Below, in pieces: positions 1 to 11,250 of a DNA stretch of 64,000 bases. The translations under genes and the position numbers were made by a program. The notes beneath the pieces were generated by a model. The model was given only the letters and a program-made list of their open reading frames with translations, was not told where the DNA came from and did no database searches. The DNA comes from Sminthopsis crassicaudata. Taxonomy: Eukaryota. The first letter of the stretch is position 1, and every line of letters begins with the position of its first letter. Location: the NCBI RefSeq assembly GCF_048593235.1, contig NC_133617.1, forward strand, positions 68,409,767-68,473,766, read 5' to 3'.

Positions 1-177
1 AGGCTTTAGTGTAGTCTGACTGTCCTGTGGGTGGGGGTTGTGGGGGTTCCCCCTGGGCAGGTGGGGCCGTGGGGGCTGGCGCTGGACCTGGCACAGGGCC
101 TGGAGGCTGCTGGTAGTAGTGTGAGTAGTAGGCAGCCCAGGCGGCATTGGGATCTGCTGCTGCAGCTGCTGCTTTAT
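1..177 (-). CDS. KHSRP: KHSRP coding exon 17 (Tyr-rich repeats), cut by the window edge
   Basis: [30 protein letters not shown]...SDYTKA; acceptor AG at 179-178. Confidence 0.94.
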   Translation of the reverse strand, partial: MKQQLQQQIPMPPGLPTTHTTTSSLQALCQVQRQPPRPHLPRGNPHNPHPQDSQTTLKP

Positions 178-261
178 CTGGAAAATAAAGACAGATTTCA
201 GAGGGAAAGTGTGTAGGGGGAAACTGAACCTCCTTCCCTTCCCCTATAGCTGATTACTTAC

Positions 262-350
262 TTGGGTCATGAGGAGCAGGTGGCTGCCACTGTGGATAGG
301 TGTTGCCCCAACCTTGGGGTGGGTACTGGTGAGGAGGGGGCCCTCCAGCA
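262..350 (-). CDS. KHSRP: KHSRP coding exon 16
   Basis: [29 protein letters not shown]; 89 nt. Confidence 0.95.
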
Positions 351-1118
351 CTTTAAAAAGATAAGGGAAAAGGGATTGATGAGTAACAATGGAACTCAAG
401 AGTGAGGAATTAAGATGGCAGGAGATTCTGGATCTATCAAATATATCGCAGTGTGACCTCAGGTAAGTTCTTTTATTAGACACACATTTTGAGATCAATG
501 GCTGGAACTTAGAAACCAATCTTGGCTGGATAGAAGAAAAAACATCAATTTGACCTGTCAATAAATGGATCAGCCTGTCTTGGTAGTTAAAAATGCCCCA
601 TCTCTAGAAACTTTCATACAGAAAACAAACAGCCCCTTATCTTGGACATTGCCAATCTAATACCATATACCAATAAAGAAAAGAACCCTGGTTTTACCAA
701 CAGACCAGAGTTGTTTGGCTGACATTTACTACAGGGTGAGCCTATGAACAGCCTCTTAGATCTTGCTTCCTCCTATGCAACTAAAAACTTCTAGCTGTGT
801 GAAAACAGCCCTGGCACTGCCACTTCACAGAATCAGGGTAAAGAAGCACCACAGAGGAGATCACCACCTGGACTACTTGACTTCTGAGGCTATTTCAGCT
901 CCCATGAGTAATTTGAAAATCTCCAAGGGCATTTTCAAGTTTTGACAACAAAAGGCTCTGAAAGTTAAATCCAACTCTTCATTCCACCAAGAAGAAATCA
1001 ATAGCAAATATCAGAAGGTACTTCCATGTTACTTCATTGACACAATGGGTCTTAAAACCTGCCCCTACCCTGCCATTCTTTCTTCTCCCAGATTCCCAGA
1101 GTCATAAAAGATACTCAC

Positions 1119-1228
1119 TGAGGAGGAGCTCCTGGAGGCCCCTGGTTGAAAGGCCCTGGGTTGAAGGGACCCATTGGGCCAGCAGGACCTGGTCCCCCAG
1201 GACCTGGACCAACTGGACAGAGAGGACC
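1119..1228 (-). CDS. KHSRP: KHSRP coding exon 15
   Basis: [36 protein letters not shown]; 110 nt. Confidence 0.95.
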
Positions 1229-1319
1229 CTGGTAGAAAAAAACAAAGTTTGGGGTTTAGTACCACAAATTGCAAAGAGACAAAGGCTGTGGCCACATACA
1301 GTTTTTTCTTTCTTTGCAA

Positions 1320-1447
1320 GGCCAATGGGATTAAGTGACTTGCCCAGGGTCACAGTCAGGACATGTTAAGTGTCTGAGACCAGATTTGAACTTGGGTCCT
1401 TCTGAATCCAGGACTGGTGCTCTAACTGTGACATCTAGCTGACCCCC
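1320..1447 (-). mobile_element. WSINE1-type tRNA-derived SINE in KHSRP intron 14
   Basis: ttaagtgacttgcccagggtcacag...gtgtctgagaccagatttgaac...ggtgctcta; T-rich tail on the left. Confidence 0.85.
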
Positions 1448-1485
1448 CAGATAATATTTTCCATAGCCTCATCCGCTGTTCCCAC

Positions 1486-1646
1486 CTCAATCTTCTCCTC
1501 AATAAGCTGCTTGGCATGGTCAATTTGTTGAGGGGATCCCCGGATGATAAAGAGTTTGAAGTTAGGGTCCCCATTTGGTGGGAGCTGCCGAGAGATCTCC
1601 ACAAAGGCGCCTGTTTGCTGATTTATGGCTTTCACATTCTCCCCAC
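1486..1646 (-). CDS. KHSRP: KHSRP coding exon 14 (KH4)
   Basis: [20 protein letters not shown]...[10 protein letters not shown]; 161 nt. Confidence 0.96.
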
Positions 1647-1741
1647 CTATAGTAAAAGCAAGAGAGGCTTCTGAGTATGGCTGACAGAGGAAGAGAGCCT
1701 AGCCTAAGAGGGAAGAGGAGCCTGTGGGGAGGGAGGCTCAC

Positions 1742-1886
1742 CTCTGCCAATGACCAGTCCACACTTGTGAGTTGGAATGGAGAAAGTCATCTCTCCACCA
1801 GGAGGCCCCCAGTTTCCCTGGCCTCTGCCTCGGCCTCTGCCTCCAGGGGGCATGCCCGGGCCCCCAGGAGGTCCTGGGGGACCACT
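1742..1886 (-). CDS. KHSRP: KHSRP coding exon 13 (RGG linker, start of KH4)
   Basis: [27 protein letters not shown]...HKCGLVIGR; 145 nt. Confidence 0.96.
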
Positions 1887-2223
1887 CTGTAAGAGAAGAA
1901 GACTAGGTGAGCTTCAGCAAATCCAATGGTGACCCTGGAATGAAGCAGCAGCAACTACAAATGGGATTCAGAGGCCAGCTCTGCTCTTTATGCAGACACA
2001 TCAGTTAGTTTTCCTGGGAAGGCCTAGACTGCAGGGGACCGTCCCCATCACCTTTAGTCCTATAAACCTAAGAGCAGTCTCGAAAATGTAATACATTGAA
2101 GACAAAGGCCAAACGAGTACAGATGGGACGTTGGAAGTTCTGCTCCCAGCTCCTCAGGGTGCAGCTGGACATTTTGGCCCCCCATTCCTGTAGGCTCCCT
2201 CCAACCTCCACTCTGGAGCCTAC

Positions 2224-2324
2224 CCTTAAACTCTGGAGGAGGTCGTTGATGATTCGGGCGGCATGCTCACACCGGTCTGGGGGTCCCATGATATGGGCTA
2301 TTTTCTCAGGACCTGTTCCATCAT
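2224..2324 (-). CDS. KHSRP: KHSRP coding exon 12 (KH3)
   Basis: [33 protein letters not shown]; 101 nt. Confidence 0.96.
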
Positions 2325-3789
2325 CTGAAACCCAACAACAATAAAAGTTCAGTTTTAAAAATAATACTATATGCCTAAAATAAAAGATTGTGAGGGGAGA
2401 AATTAATTTGAAATTAAAGGAGGTAGGTTTTCTGTTTAGTACCCATGTTGCTTTTGGCAAAACTGCTCAACCTCTCTGGGTCTCCTTAACTAGATAAATT
2501 CTAGGGTTCCCATCCATGTCCTGTGAAACTCCTATGAAATCTAGCAGCTTTGTCTGCAATAATTAAAAAGACAAGAGAAATCTTGAAAACATGGGGTTTT
2601 TAAAAACTAGGGAAGTGATGTACAAATTTTGACATTTAATGAAGTGACAAATATTAAAATGAAATCATAGTTAAGCCATACAATCAAGAAAGCAGCACCA
2701 GAACATTTACACACTAGGACAACATAAATTCAGAAGATACAAGTGCCTAGATATTTGTTCTTTTAATTAAGTTCATATGTATCCTTTGAAGATAAAAGGT
2801 AAAATTTTGGAGCTCATATTTCTATGTACAATTACTTTCATTGTATTTGGAATCATTTACTAATTGTTACTAAGTTAAACAACTTTTCTTGTTAAATCCT
2901 GTGCAGCACTGATTGTCATGGAAAGCAGGGATTACATGACTTCTGAGTCCCCTCCCCACCTTTGATAGTTGGTCCAACACTATTTGCTCACTTGTAGAGC
3001 TGGATTTAGTAGAATATCTGATAGAAAAGCTTATGGTCACTGTCTGTCTCCAAGACATCTTTTACCCTTCATTACCAGGATAGCTGTGGGCAGTTAGTCC
3101 AACAAAAGAGAACTGGGCTAGTTAATGTAAAGCAGTAACAGGTCAACTAATCCCTCTCCCCTAGCAATGACTCTGGATCTTAAATGCTGTACTCTCTTCC
3201 CTCAGAAATATAAACAGGTCATACATAGTAAGTGCAATCTCAATCTCAAGCTGATTTGCCATTGAAAGGAAATTAACTTGAGAGCCAGGGTTCAATGCAG
3301 GAAGGCAAAAGTGTGGATTGAGGAAATGGTGTCTTCATTGGGTACAGGTGTTATGACCCACTCTTACACAGGAAGGGAAATTACATACATAATACATACT
3401 AAGGGAGAAATAATATTCTTAGTGGAATCTGAGAATCAAGGACTCCCAATATACCTCCAAATATCTGAAGAAAAATATAAAAAGTCACAAAGAGGCAATT
3501 TCAACTCAATTACAAAAGGATTTTAGATTTTATCTGGGCTTAAGAATTAGCTTATGAGGAAAAAAATTTTCTAATAATCTGAGCAAATTTAATAATGGAA
3601 TTGGCGTTTCTAAGGATAATTGAGTTCCTGGTCACCCCAGGTAGAAGACAGATAGATGACCATAGGTAGGATGCTCCAGAGTCCTATCCTGGGTACAAGA
3701 TGAACTATAAACCCCTTGGGATTCCTTCCAATGCAGACTCAAAGGAACTAGTCTACACATTGCCTGTAACTTGTTAAAAGGAGTCTGAC

Positions 3790-3892
3790 CTTGTTTGAAC
3801 TGTATCCGGACACCAGCGTCACTTTGTATTTTTTTGATCATTTCTCCACTCCGGCCAATGACCACACCAACAGAATGTCTGGGCACTGGCAC
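3790..3892 (-). CDS. KHSRP: KHSRP coding exon 11 (KH3)
   Basis: [34 protein letters not shown]; 103 nt. Confidence 0.96.
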
Positions 3893-4035
3893 CTGAGTAA
3901 AGGACACAAAAAGGAAAATCAAGGTGATCTACATTCCCCTGTCTCTGCTGCCCTCTGCTGCCAGGCACAAAAGATACCCTTCACAATGCCCACTCTCATT
4001 CCTGATCCTGGTGACCCAGGAGAAAGCATTCTTAC

Positions 4036-4134
4036 ATCTATCCCGCCGCCAATCCTGGATCCATATTCATTCCGGTCCCCAAAGCCTCCTTGGTCACGTT
4101 CTCTGAGGATATCCATCACCATCTCACAGGCTTG
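4036..4134 (-). CDS. KHSRP: KHSRP coding exon 10
   Basis: [33 protein letters not shown]; 99 nt. Confidence 0.96.
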
Positions 4135-4652
4135 CTACAACATGTGGTATGCATAAGCAGCAGCACAACAGCAATGGATTCTTCCCCTAATTACTTTTTT
4201 GTTCCCCCAAACTCCACCACCCCAGTAGAAGATGTAGCAGTCTGCTGGATCCCACCAGAATACCCACTATACTCAGGAGAAGCTTAACGTTACTGATGGC
4301 CCATAGACAAAATTGGATCCTAGGGTCAAAGGGAAAGTAGAGGGGAAAAACAACTTTGTAGGCATATAAGAGCCAACTACTCCAGAGGAAAAACCTAAAA
4401 TAAACTAGGCCAAGGAGACCTTTGGGGTACCAGGGCCAAAGAGCTGGGGCAATTTTTATCTTCTTATATTCAAGGAAGTCAGAACTGAGGGAAAAAAATG
4501 CAATCCCTTTCCTCAGCCATGATCTTTGCAAAAACCATCTCCAATGAAGCCTGAACTCCACTTCTTTCTGTCCAACCCCAGTCTACAGCAATTTAATTAA
4601 CGTCTCAACCCTTCAAGTCTTCCTGATCACCCTTTTCCTCTCTTTTCTTTAC

Positions 4653-4752
4653 CTGTACTTTATAAGGGTCTCCAATAATCCGGAGAGGTTTGTCCCACAT
4701 TGGTATTTTGGGATCCATCTTGAATTAAAATCATCTTCACTCCAGCTCGCTC
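4653..4752 (-). CDS. KHSRP: KHSRP coding exon 9 (KH2), carrying an apparent +1 frameshift
   Basis: 100 nt between phase-0 junctions; ERAGVKMILIQDGSQNTNV, then GTGGGAC; removing one G restores DKPLRIIGDPYKVQ. Confidence 0.93.
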
Positions 4753-5007
4753 CTGTATAACCACCAATGCCACAGTTAATGATAGACTCTTGCTCAACAG
4801 GTCAGGGCAAGGGCAAGGGCTGGCAGTATCATAGGATTCAACACAAAGGATTCAGGGAAGGACAAGTGATAAGAGGGCTCTGAGAGACTCTGCTGAATGT
4901 TGGCAGAGAACAATACCAAGCCCTATGGTACTGTTCAAGGTAAACCTTCTTGAGAAAGGGAGGGGACTGGATCTGGAAGAGAGTTGTCCTTAGGGTCATT
5001 CTCACAC

Positions 5008-5182
5008 CTGCAGCTGTTTAATGGTCTCCCCGCCTTTGCCAATCACCAGTCCTGCCTTCCCTGCAGGAATCATGATCTCCTGCACTGTGCCGTTCTGACC
5101 CCCATTTGAATTATCATGGAATTGTCCAGGAGGGCCACCTCGACCCCGAGAAACAATATCATCCAGCATCATCTTTGCTTTC
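5008..5182 (-). CDS. KHSRP: KHSRP coding exon 8 (end of KH1, start of KH2)
   Basis: [19 protein letters not shown]...[15 protein letters not shown]; 175 nt. Confidence 0.96.
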
Positions 5183-5508
5183 CTGGGAAGAGAGAAGAGG
5201 AATATACCAATAAGGTTATGTTGGTTTCCTGATCAACAACATCATTAAGGAATACAGACAGATGTTTAGGGGAGAAGATAGCCAGTCATTGCCTAAGTAA
5301 TTGAACCAGCAAGATGTAGAACTCAATTTCTGAAGGGCAAAAAAATGCCCGGAGAAACAAACATTAAACTCCAAATATTACCAACCCTTCCACCCTCCAC
5401 CCCATATACCACACCAATATTCATTCATTCATTTCTGAGAGGCCCTAAGCACATGGATGTGAATGTATTCCCTTCCAAGAAAGAGGCAGCAAAATCAAGA
5501 GTACATAC

Positions 5509-5566
5509 TGCACTGATTCTGGGGCTCCTGTCAGTGACACACTTCGCTCTGGTAAGCCACCACTGT
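5509..5566 (-). CDS. KHSRP: KHSRP coding exon 7
   Basis: SGGLPERSVSLTGAPESV; 58 nt; AG/GT flanks. Confidence 0.95.
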
Positions 5567-5981
5567 CTGAAAAAGAAGGACATAGAGTCAGGGACCAAGA
5601 TCTCTAGAAAAAAGAAACTTTCCCTGATTCAGATAAAGCTGGAGAAACTCTTCCTAAAATATTTCTTTGGCCACCCACTCAGCCTAAAGAGAAGTATTTG
5701 TTTTTCTGAAACTTCAGTCATGTCAATTCTTCATGATCCCATCTGGGATAGGTTCAGATATATGGTGAACTATATGAGTTCTGAGATAGTGAGGGATGTG
5801 TGTGTGAGAGAGATGTTTCAGAGAACCGATTGTCAAAGACGCAAAAATAGGAACAGTCAATCAATGTAGTTCCAAAACACAAAAGTCTGTATTCAACAAA
5901 AACCCAGGTTAATGCACTCCTTGACTACAGACGTGGAATCAATGAATAAATTGTAGATCCTCACAAGGAGTCTTCTCATAC

Positions 5982-6053
5982 CTGGTGAGATCTGTACTTT
6001 GCAGCCTGAGTCCTGCTGGATCTTGTTGATTTGTTCACCACCTCTGCCAATGA
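5982..6053 (-). CDS. KHSRP: KHSRP coding exon 6 (KH1 GxxG loop)
   Basis: IGRGGEQINKIQQDSGCKVQISP; 72 nt; AG/GT flanks. Confidence 0.96.
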
Positions 6054-6394
6054 CTGGATGGGACAAAATTAAAAAGAAAAAATGTAGACAACAACCCAGC
6101 ACTCAGGAGGTCTTTGTTTTGTAGTAGCTAATATCCTCAGGAAATATCAGCTAATATTTTCAGGAAAGAGGGCAGCAGCCACTCCAAAAGCTACAGTGTC
6201 GAGAAGATAGGGTGGAGTGAAGGGCACAATTAAAATGAGAACAGAGACTCTTTCAAACCAAAGACGTCTGGCCTGGCACAATTTCACAGGAAGCTGGACC
6301 TCAGAAGCTAAGATAATAGGGCCCCTGACCAAGGTGAGGCTGACAGCTTCTACACCCCCCCCCCCATTTTACTTTAGCACAGGCCCACACTTAC

Positions 6395-6444
6395 TTAATC
6401 CAACCATGCCATCAGGGACACGGTACTCTTCCGTCATTGAAGAC
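6395..6444 (-). CDS. KHSRP: KHSRP coding exon 5 (start of KH1)
   Basis: SSMTEEYRVPDGMVGL; AG/GT flanks; 50 nt. Confidence 0.95.
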
Positions 6445-7113
6445 CTGCAAAGGGAAATCACAGATTCAAAAGTGAAGAAGGAATATGGACAAAAGATTTG
6501 AGGGGTCACCTAGAACAAGAGCAGTGCCCTAATACAAAGAACTGCAGGGATTGCTCAACTCAAAAATATATGCACCAGCCAACCTACATATTGAGAAGAG
6601 CTTCTTGAAATACTATTGGCTGCCTACATAAAAACAAGGAGAACATCTGAGTGATATGGATAACCTATGAAACCTCAAGCAGTAGACAGCAGCACAGATC
6701 ATGATATAACATACCTTTCCCTTCCCAGGCCAGAGGCTAACCTTTTATCTTTGAGACCTGAGATCATGTTATTAAATGAGATAACATATAAAGTTCTTTA
6801 CTAATCTTAAAATGCTATATAAATGCTAGCTATTATTATTCACCTCTCTAGGCTTATTTTTTTCTATTTACAAGAGGAACTTGGATAAGATGCTCTCTAA
6901 GGTCCTTTTCAGCTCTTACTCTACAGTTCTAACAGATTCTTGGGACAACCCTAGAAATGTCATTACAGGAAACAAGCTATGACAGAAGTCATATAAAGAC
7001 TCATACCAGTCCCTTCCCCCTCCCATCATGAAAAAGCAGGAATAACTGAACCCACCCCTTCCTTGAGCCAATAGAAAGTTATAAATTTCCTCCACAAAAC
7101 CCATGGATACAAG

Positions 7114-7149
<36 letters not shown>

Positions 7150-7323
7150 GATTAATTTTAATTTTCTCTACTTAATTTCTCAAAGAAGTTCTAAGATAAA
7201 AATAACCAAATTCACTAATTTGAATAATCTAAATAACTGTTATTCTGATGAAAGGGCTCTGTTGGCAAATCTGAAGGAAGGGTTAAGAGCAGAGAATAAG
7301 ACATTCTTCAAACTGTGGCTTAC

Positions 7324-7363
7324 CTGGGAGGAGGATGGATAGGCCCAAGTTGAGAACTGAGAG
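7324..7363 (-). CDS. KHSRP: KHSRP coding exon 4
   Basis: (S)LSSQLGPIHPPP(R); AG/GT flanks; 40 nt. Confidence 0.93.
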
Positions 7364-7722
7364 CTGGGGGAAAAAAAAAAAAAATCAAAAGGAATATTGG
7401 TCTGGTGCTAACTGGTAGCCAACAAAAAGTCTTGATTCTATAGCATTTTAAGATCGACAAAATGCTTTCCTTACCAGTACAAGGAAAGGAATGTAAGGAT
7501 GGTGGCACACCATTTAACAAATCCCTAAATCCTCTATACTTTGTGTCCTTAGCAGGTACTCAGAAAATATCTGGGAGCCTGAGAATCAGCATGATTGGAC
7601 CTAACTACCCAAGCATTCCATATTAAAGAAAAATTAACACTTGGCAAATACAAAGACCACTCTTACAACCAGGCCCCTGCCCAAATACAAAACACTCTGA
7701 TACCACATGAAAATGGACTTAC

Positions 7723-7761
7723 AGTCGCCTTGGGCTGCCAGTTTCTTGCTCTCAGGCTGAT
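7723..7761 (-). CDS. KHSRP: KHSRP coding exon 3
   Basis: (D)QPESKKLAAQGD(S); cag|AT...T|gtaagt; 39 nt, phase consistent. Confidence 0.93.
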
Positions 7762-8375
7762 CTGTGGAATTGAGAAGATATTAGATACAGCCTCTACCTA
7801 TTGCTGCTTCAGAGCCAGCATTAATGCCACATGTTTTTAGGCATTCCTAATTTGGAGAGACTGACTGTAGACTGAAAAATACATGTGTCAGATTTTCAAC
7901 TCTAGGGGTAAAAAAGCCCTTTATAACAAGTGGAACAATGATTTAAGGGACAAAGCCACAGCATTTCCTGATGAGAAAGAGCCAAGCTTTTACTAGTAAT
8001 AAGAATGAGGTTTCTGGATGAAAGAGTTGCTTTGGCTTATTATCATGGCTGCCATTGGTAACTTTGTGTTTATCTCGTACCAAACTCTAGATCAGACCTC
8101 ATGTTTGCCATGTTCCATGTGGGAATTTTTTTTCCTGGAATTACTATATTTGCAACTATATCAATTGTCTCATCCCAACCCAAATTTAATATTCTGCTAT
8201 TGTAGGATACCAAAGGAAAAAAAAAAAAAAAGAATCAACAGAAGTTGGTGAAACTTTTGCAAAAAACACAACAGGTTTTTAAATTAAAAAATAAAAATAA
8301 AATCTGACATCATTTTACCACACAGCCACTATCTCTATGTCTTTCTCCCAACCTTCCCCTGAAGTTAGGAGTTAC

Positions 8376-8472
8376 CTCCATCTTCCAACTGTCTCTTTTG
8401 GCCCCCAAACCCAAAATCTGGAGTGCTGTTATTGACCGTAGTAGCTGCATCGCCTCCAATTTTTGCTGCTAT
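8376..8472 (-). CDS. KHSRP: KHSRP coding exon 2
   Basis: [32 protein letters not shown]; AG/GT flanks; 97 nt. Confidence 0.95.
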
Positions 8473-9899
8473 CTGAAAGTTAATTAAGAGGAGCAAAAAT
8501 TAATAATAAAAAGACAACGGTGTTTAAGGATATGAAAAGAGGATATAAGAGAAAAAAAAGTTCTTCCTCCTGTAGACATTAGTTTCCCCAAATTATCACT
8601 TGCCAATTGATTCTTTAGCTGACTCCTATTCACTTCTAAAGAGCCTTTTAGTGAAAATATTAAAGTTTTGTTTAATATCTCAAATTTGAGATTTCATCTA
8701 AAAACTTAGTAATTCCCTCTTTTTTTTCCCCCTTGGTGTAGTAGCTGAATCTAGAAAACTTTCCAGGTCAAACAGAAGTGAAACTATAAGGACCCAAAGA
8801 ACTATTTGGTCCTTTTACTGAGGTCGGGGTGGCCGAATAGACTCTGCCCCCTTGATGTGCCCATGACAGCAAGGTATCCGTGCATTTCTTGACATTCCCC
8901 AAGTTGCTCTCACTAATGGTGCGGGCCAGGGTGCTCCGGGTGTGTCAGTCTCAGAAATGTCAGAGCTGCGGCCCCCAGTTCTCGCAGCCCGTTTCCAGCA
9001 GGCTCTTCCTCAGCTCACTTTCACAGACTCAGTTTTAAAGTTCTCAGTATAGAAGCCCATGTTCCTAGGATTCCAATTTGCATGGGCCACACAGCTTCCT
9101 GGAGGCTGGTTCACAACCAAGGAAAAACCACTTCAAACAAACTCAACCTCCCGAAACTAGACCAGGCTCTGCGAGGATAACTGTCCAGCAGTGAGCGCAA
9201 GAAGCAGCGCTCAGGACACTCACACCCTGGCCTGGGGCGGAGATCCCCCTCAGCAGGCTCGGGAGCACCTCATCCTCCCTCCACCGCAGGCGATGCCCAC
9301 AAGCCACAGGCAGGCGTGTGGGCGTTCCTCTAACGGGACCGCGGAGTTTTCTCCAGTCCTAGCACCCAGCTCCCCCAGCAAGGCTGGCTCCCGGCGTGAC
9401 AAGATGTGGCCGTTCCAGGCTGGAAAGCGGGTGCGGGGAGGGAGGCCACCCATCGGAAGAGCTCCAGCTGCCGCTTGCAGGGACCCGGCCGAGACAGACT
9501 TCCAGCACCTCCCCGGCCTCCCCCACTTCAGATGACCGGAACACACCACGTTCCCTCCAGAGGATAAACAAGAAGAAACCCGCTCTTCACATACAAAAAA
9601 GTCAATCATGTTTCTACAGTGCTGCTCTAACCATAACATCCCCCCCAGGAAAAACGTGAGCAGCGCTGGGTGCTGAGGAGTTACTAAGCCCCTCACGCTG
9701 GAGAGCCCACCCAAGCCCTCTAGGAGAGCCCCACCCTGCCCCGTCCCAACTTAGGTAAACCTCAGAGCCATTGCGGGGAAAGCCCGGGAGCTCAGGCGCC
9801 CGAAGGGACTGGGGGGAGGTGGAATCATGCCCCTTCCTGAGTCTCCCTCCTCCCACGGAGCAGAAAGAATGAATGGGAAAGTCACTGCACCCACTCCCA

Positions 9900-11250
9900 C
9901 TCCCCCCACGTGCCAAAATCTAAGCGAGAAGGTCACGGTGCCCCTTCCCACACTTAACTTTTGCCTCCCCCCGCACTGACATAACGAGTAGAGGGGCGCT
10001 CGCACCTCCTGCCTTTAGGGCTGGGGGGCTACGGTCCCTTCCTCCTTTTCTCACTCCTGGGAGGAAGAAGCAATTAAGATGATGGGACACTCTTCCTCTC
10101 CACTTTTCCCCGCCTCCCAAAGTGCAGGAACGAGGAGGGCCCGGGGTTGCCGGGCCCTCGGCTGGCCGAACTCCAGAGGTTAGGCCCCCTAGAGAACCCG
10201 GCTCCCAGCCCCTGTCCTTAGCCCCCATGGCCCCCACGTGCCCCCCCCAGCCCCGCGCGCGCGCGCGCGCACATGCCCCCTCCTCAGCCCCCCCACGTGA
10301 CCCCGGCCTCGCGCTCCCTCCTCCCCCCGCCCCCCGGCGCTGCCGCCGCCGCCGCCGCCTCCTCCTCCTCACCTGCCGGGCCCGCTGCACGGCATCCGCG
10401 AAGGCGTCCTTGCGTATTCCCGGGGCTCCCCCTCCGGGTGGTGGGGCCGAACCGGGGCCTGGTCCTCCGCCCCCTCCACCTCCCCGGTCCCCGGCGCCCG
10501 GCGCTCCTGGCGGCGGCCCCCCGGCTCCCCCGGCGCCAGCCCCGGCTCCGGCTCCGGTCCCGGCACCTCCTCCTCCTCCGGCAGGCGGCGGAGGCCCCGG
10601 CGGCGGCCCCCCAGTGCTGTAGTCCGACATGGCGGCCGGGCAGGGCGTCCCCTCAGGGGGCGGGGGGGCGAACGGGGCTGAGGCGACGCGGCTGGGCCCG
10701 GGCTGAGGCGGCGGCGGCTCAACGCGGGAACAAGGCCTCGCTCCACACGGCCGCAAAGGAGTCTGGGAGCAGAGCGGCTGGGGAGAGGAGGAGGGCGGGG
10801 GAAGGGCGGCGGGGCGAGACTGGAGGGGGGAGGGAGGGAGGCTTGTTGCTGGCGTGAAGGGCAGCACCACTCAGCCAATGGCCAAGGGTCTCGGCGTTTG
10901 CAGAGCCAATGGTGAGCCCTGGATCAGGCAATGAAGGCCAGCAATTCGGGAGGACCCCAGGAAGGGAGGGGTGGAGGTTGTGGGGCACGCAGTCAGCCAA
11001 TCCAAAGGAGACGGAGTCGTGGGGGGAAGGGAAGGCGGGAGACGCAGGGAGATGGACAGCTCGCAGAATCAATCCACGGTGAGTGCTCCGTGAGAAGGTG
11101 GAGAATTCCGGACCGCCAGAGAAAACGAGAGGACCAATTAGACGAGAATTCCAGAATCGGGAGGCGGATTCGAGACAAGATTGACATCTACGACAAGGCA
11201 ATCGCACGGGAAGGACGGCCAAAGTGAACTCTCTCCTGAGCGCCAGAAGG
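9900..11250. promoter_or_regulatory. KHSRP CpG island and promoter with CCAAT boxes
   Basis: Very GC/CpG-rich; CCAAT at 10875, 10906, 10997 and 11134; GC boxes; surrounds exon 1. Confidence 0.85.
10373..10630 (-). CDS. KHSRP: KHSRP/FUBP2 coding exon 1 (Gly/Pro-rich N-terminus, 86 codons)
   Basis: ATG at 10630 gives MSDYSTGGPPPGPPPP...IRKDAFADAVQRARQ; donor GT at 10372-10371; 258 nt, phase 0. Confidence 0.97.

Noticed and set aside
4690-4700. Programmed ribosomal frameshifting as an explanation for the KHSRP and SLC25A23 indels
   Set aside because: No X XXY YYZ slippery heptamer at either site; both are simple G/C run-length changes.
9920-10870. 316-aa ORF as a single-exon protein
   Set aside because: Only 10373-10630 is KHSRP exon 1; the rest is GC-rich 5'UTR and intron read-through lacking stops.
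10122-10878. Overlapping antisense and alternative-frame ORFs (166, 194 and 169 aa) at the KHSRP CpG island
   Set aside because: Low-complexity Pro/Arg/Ala translations expected from very high GC content; no recognisable domain.
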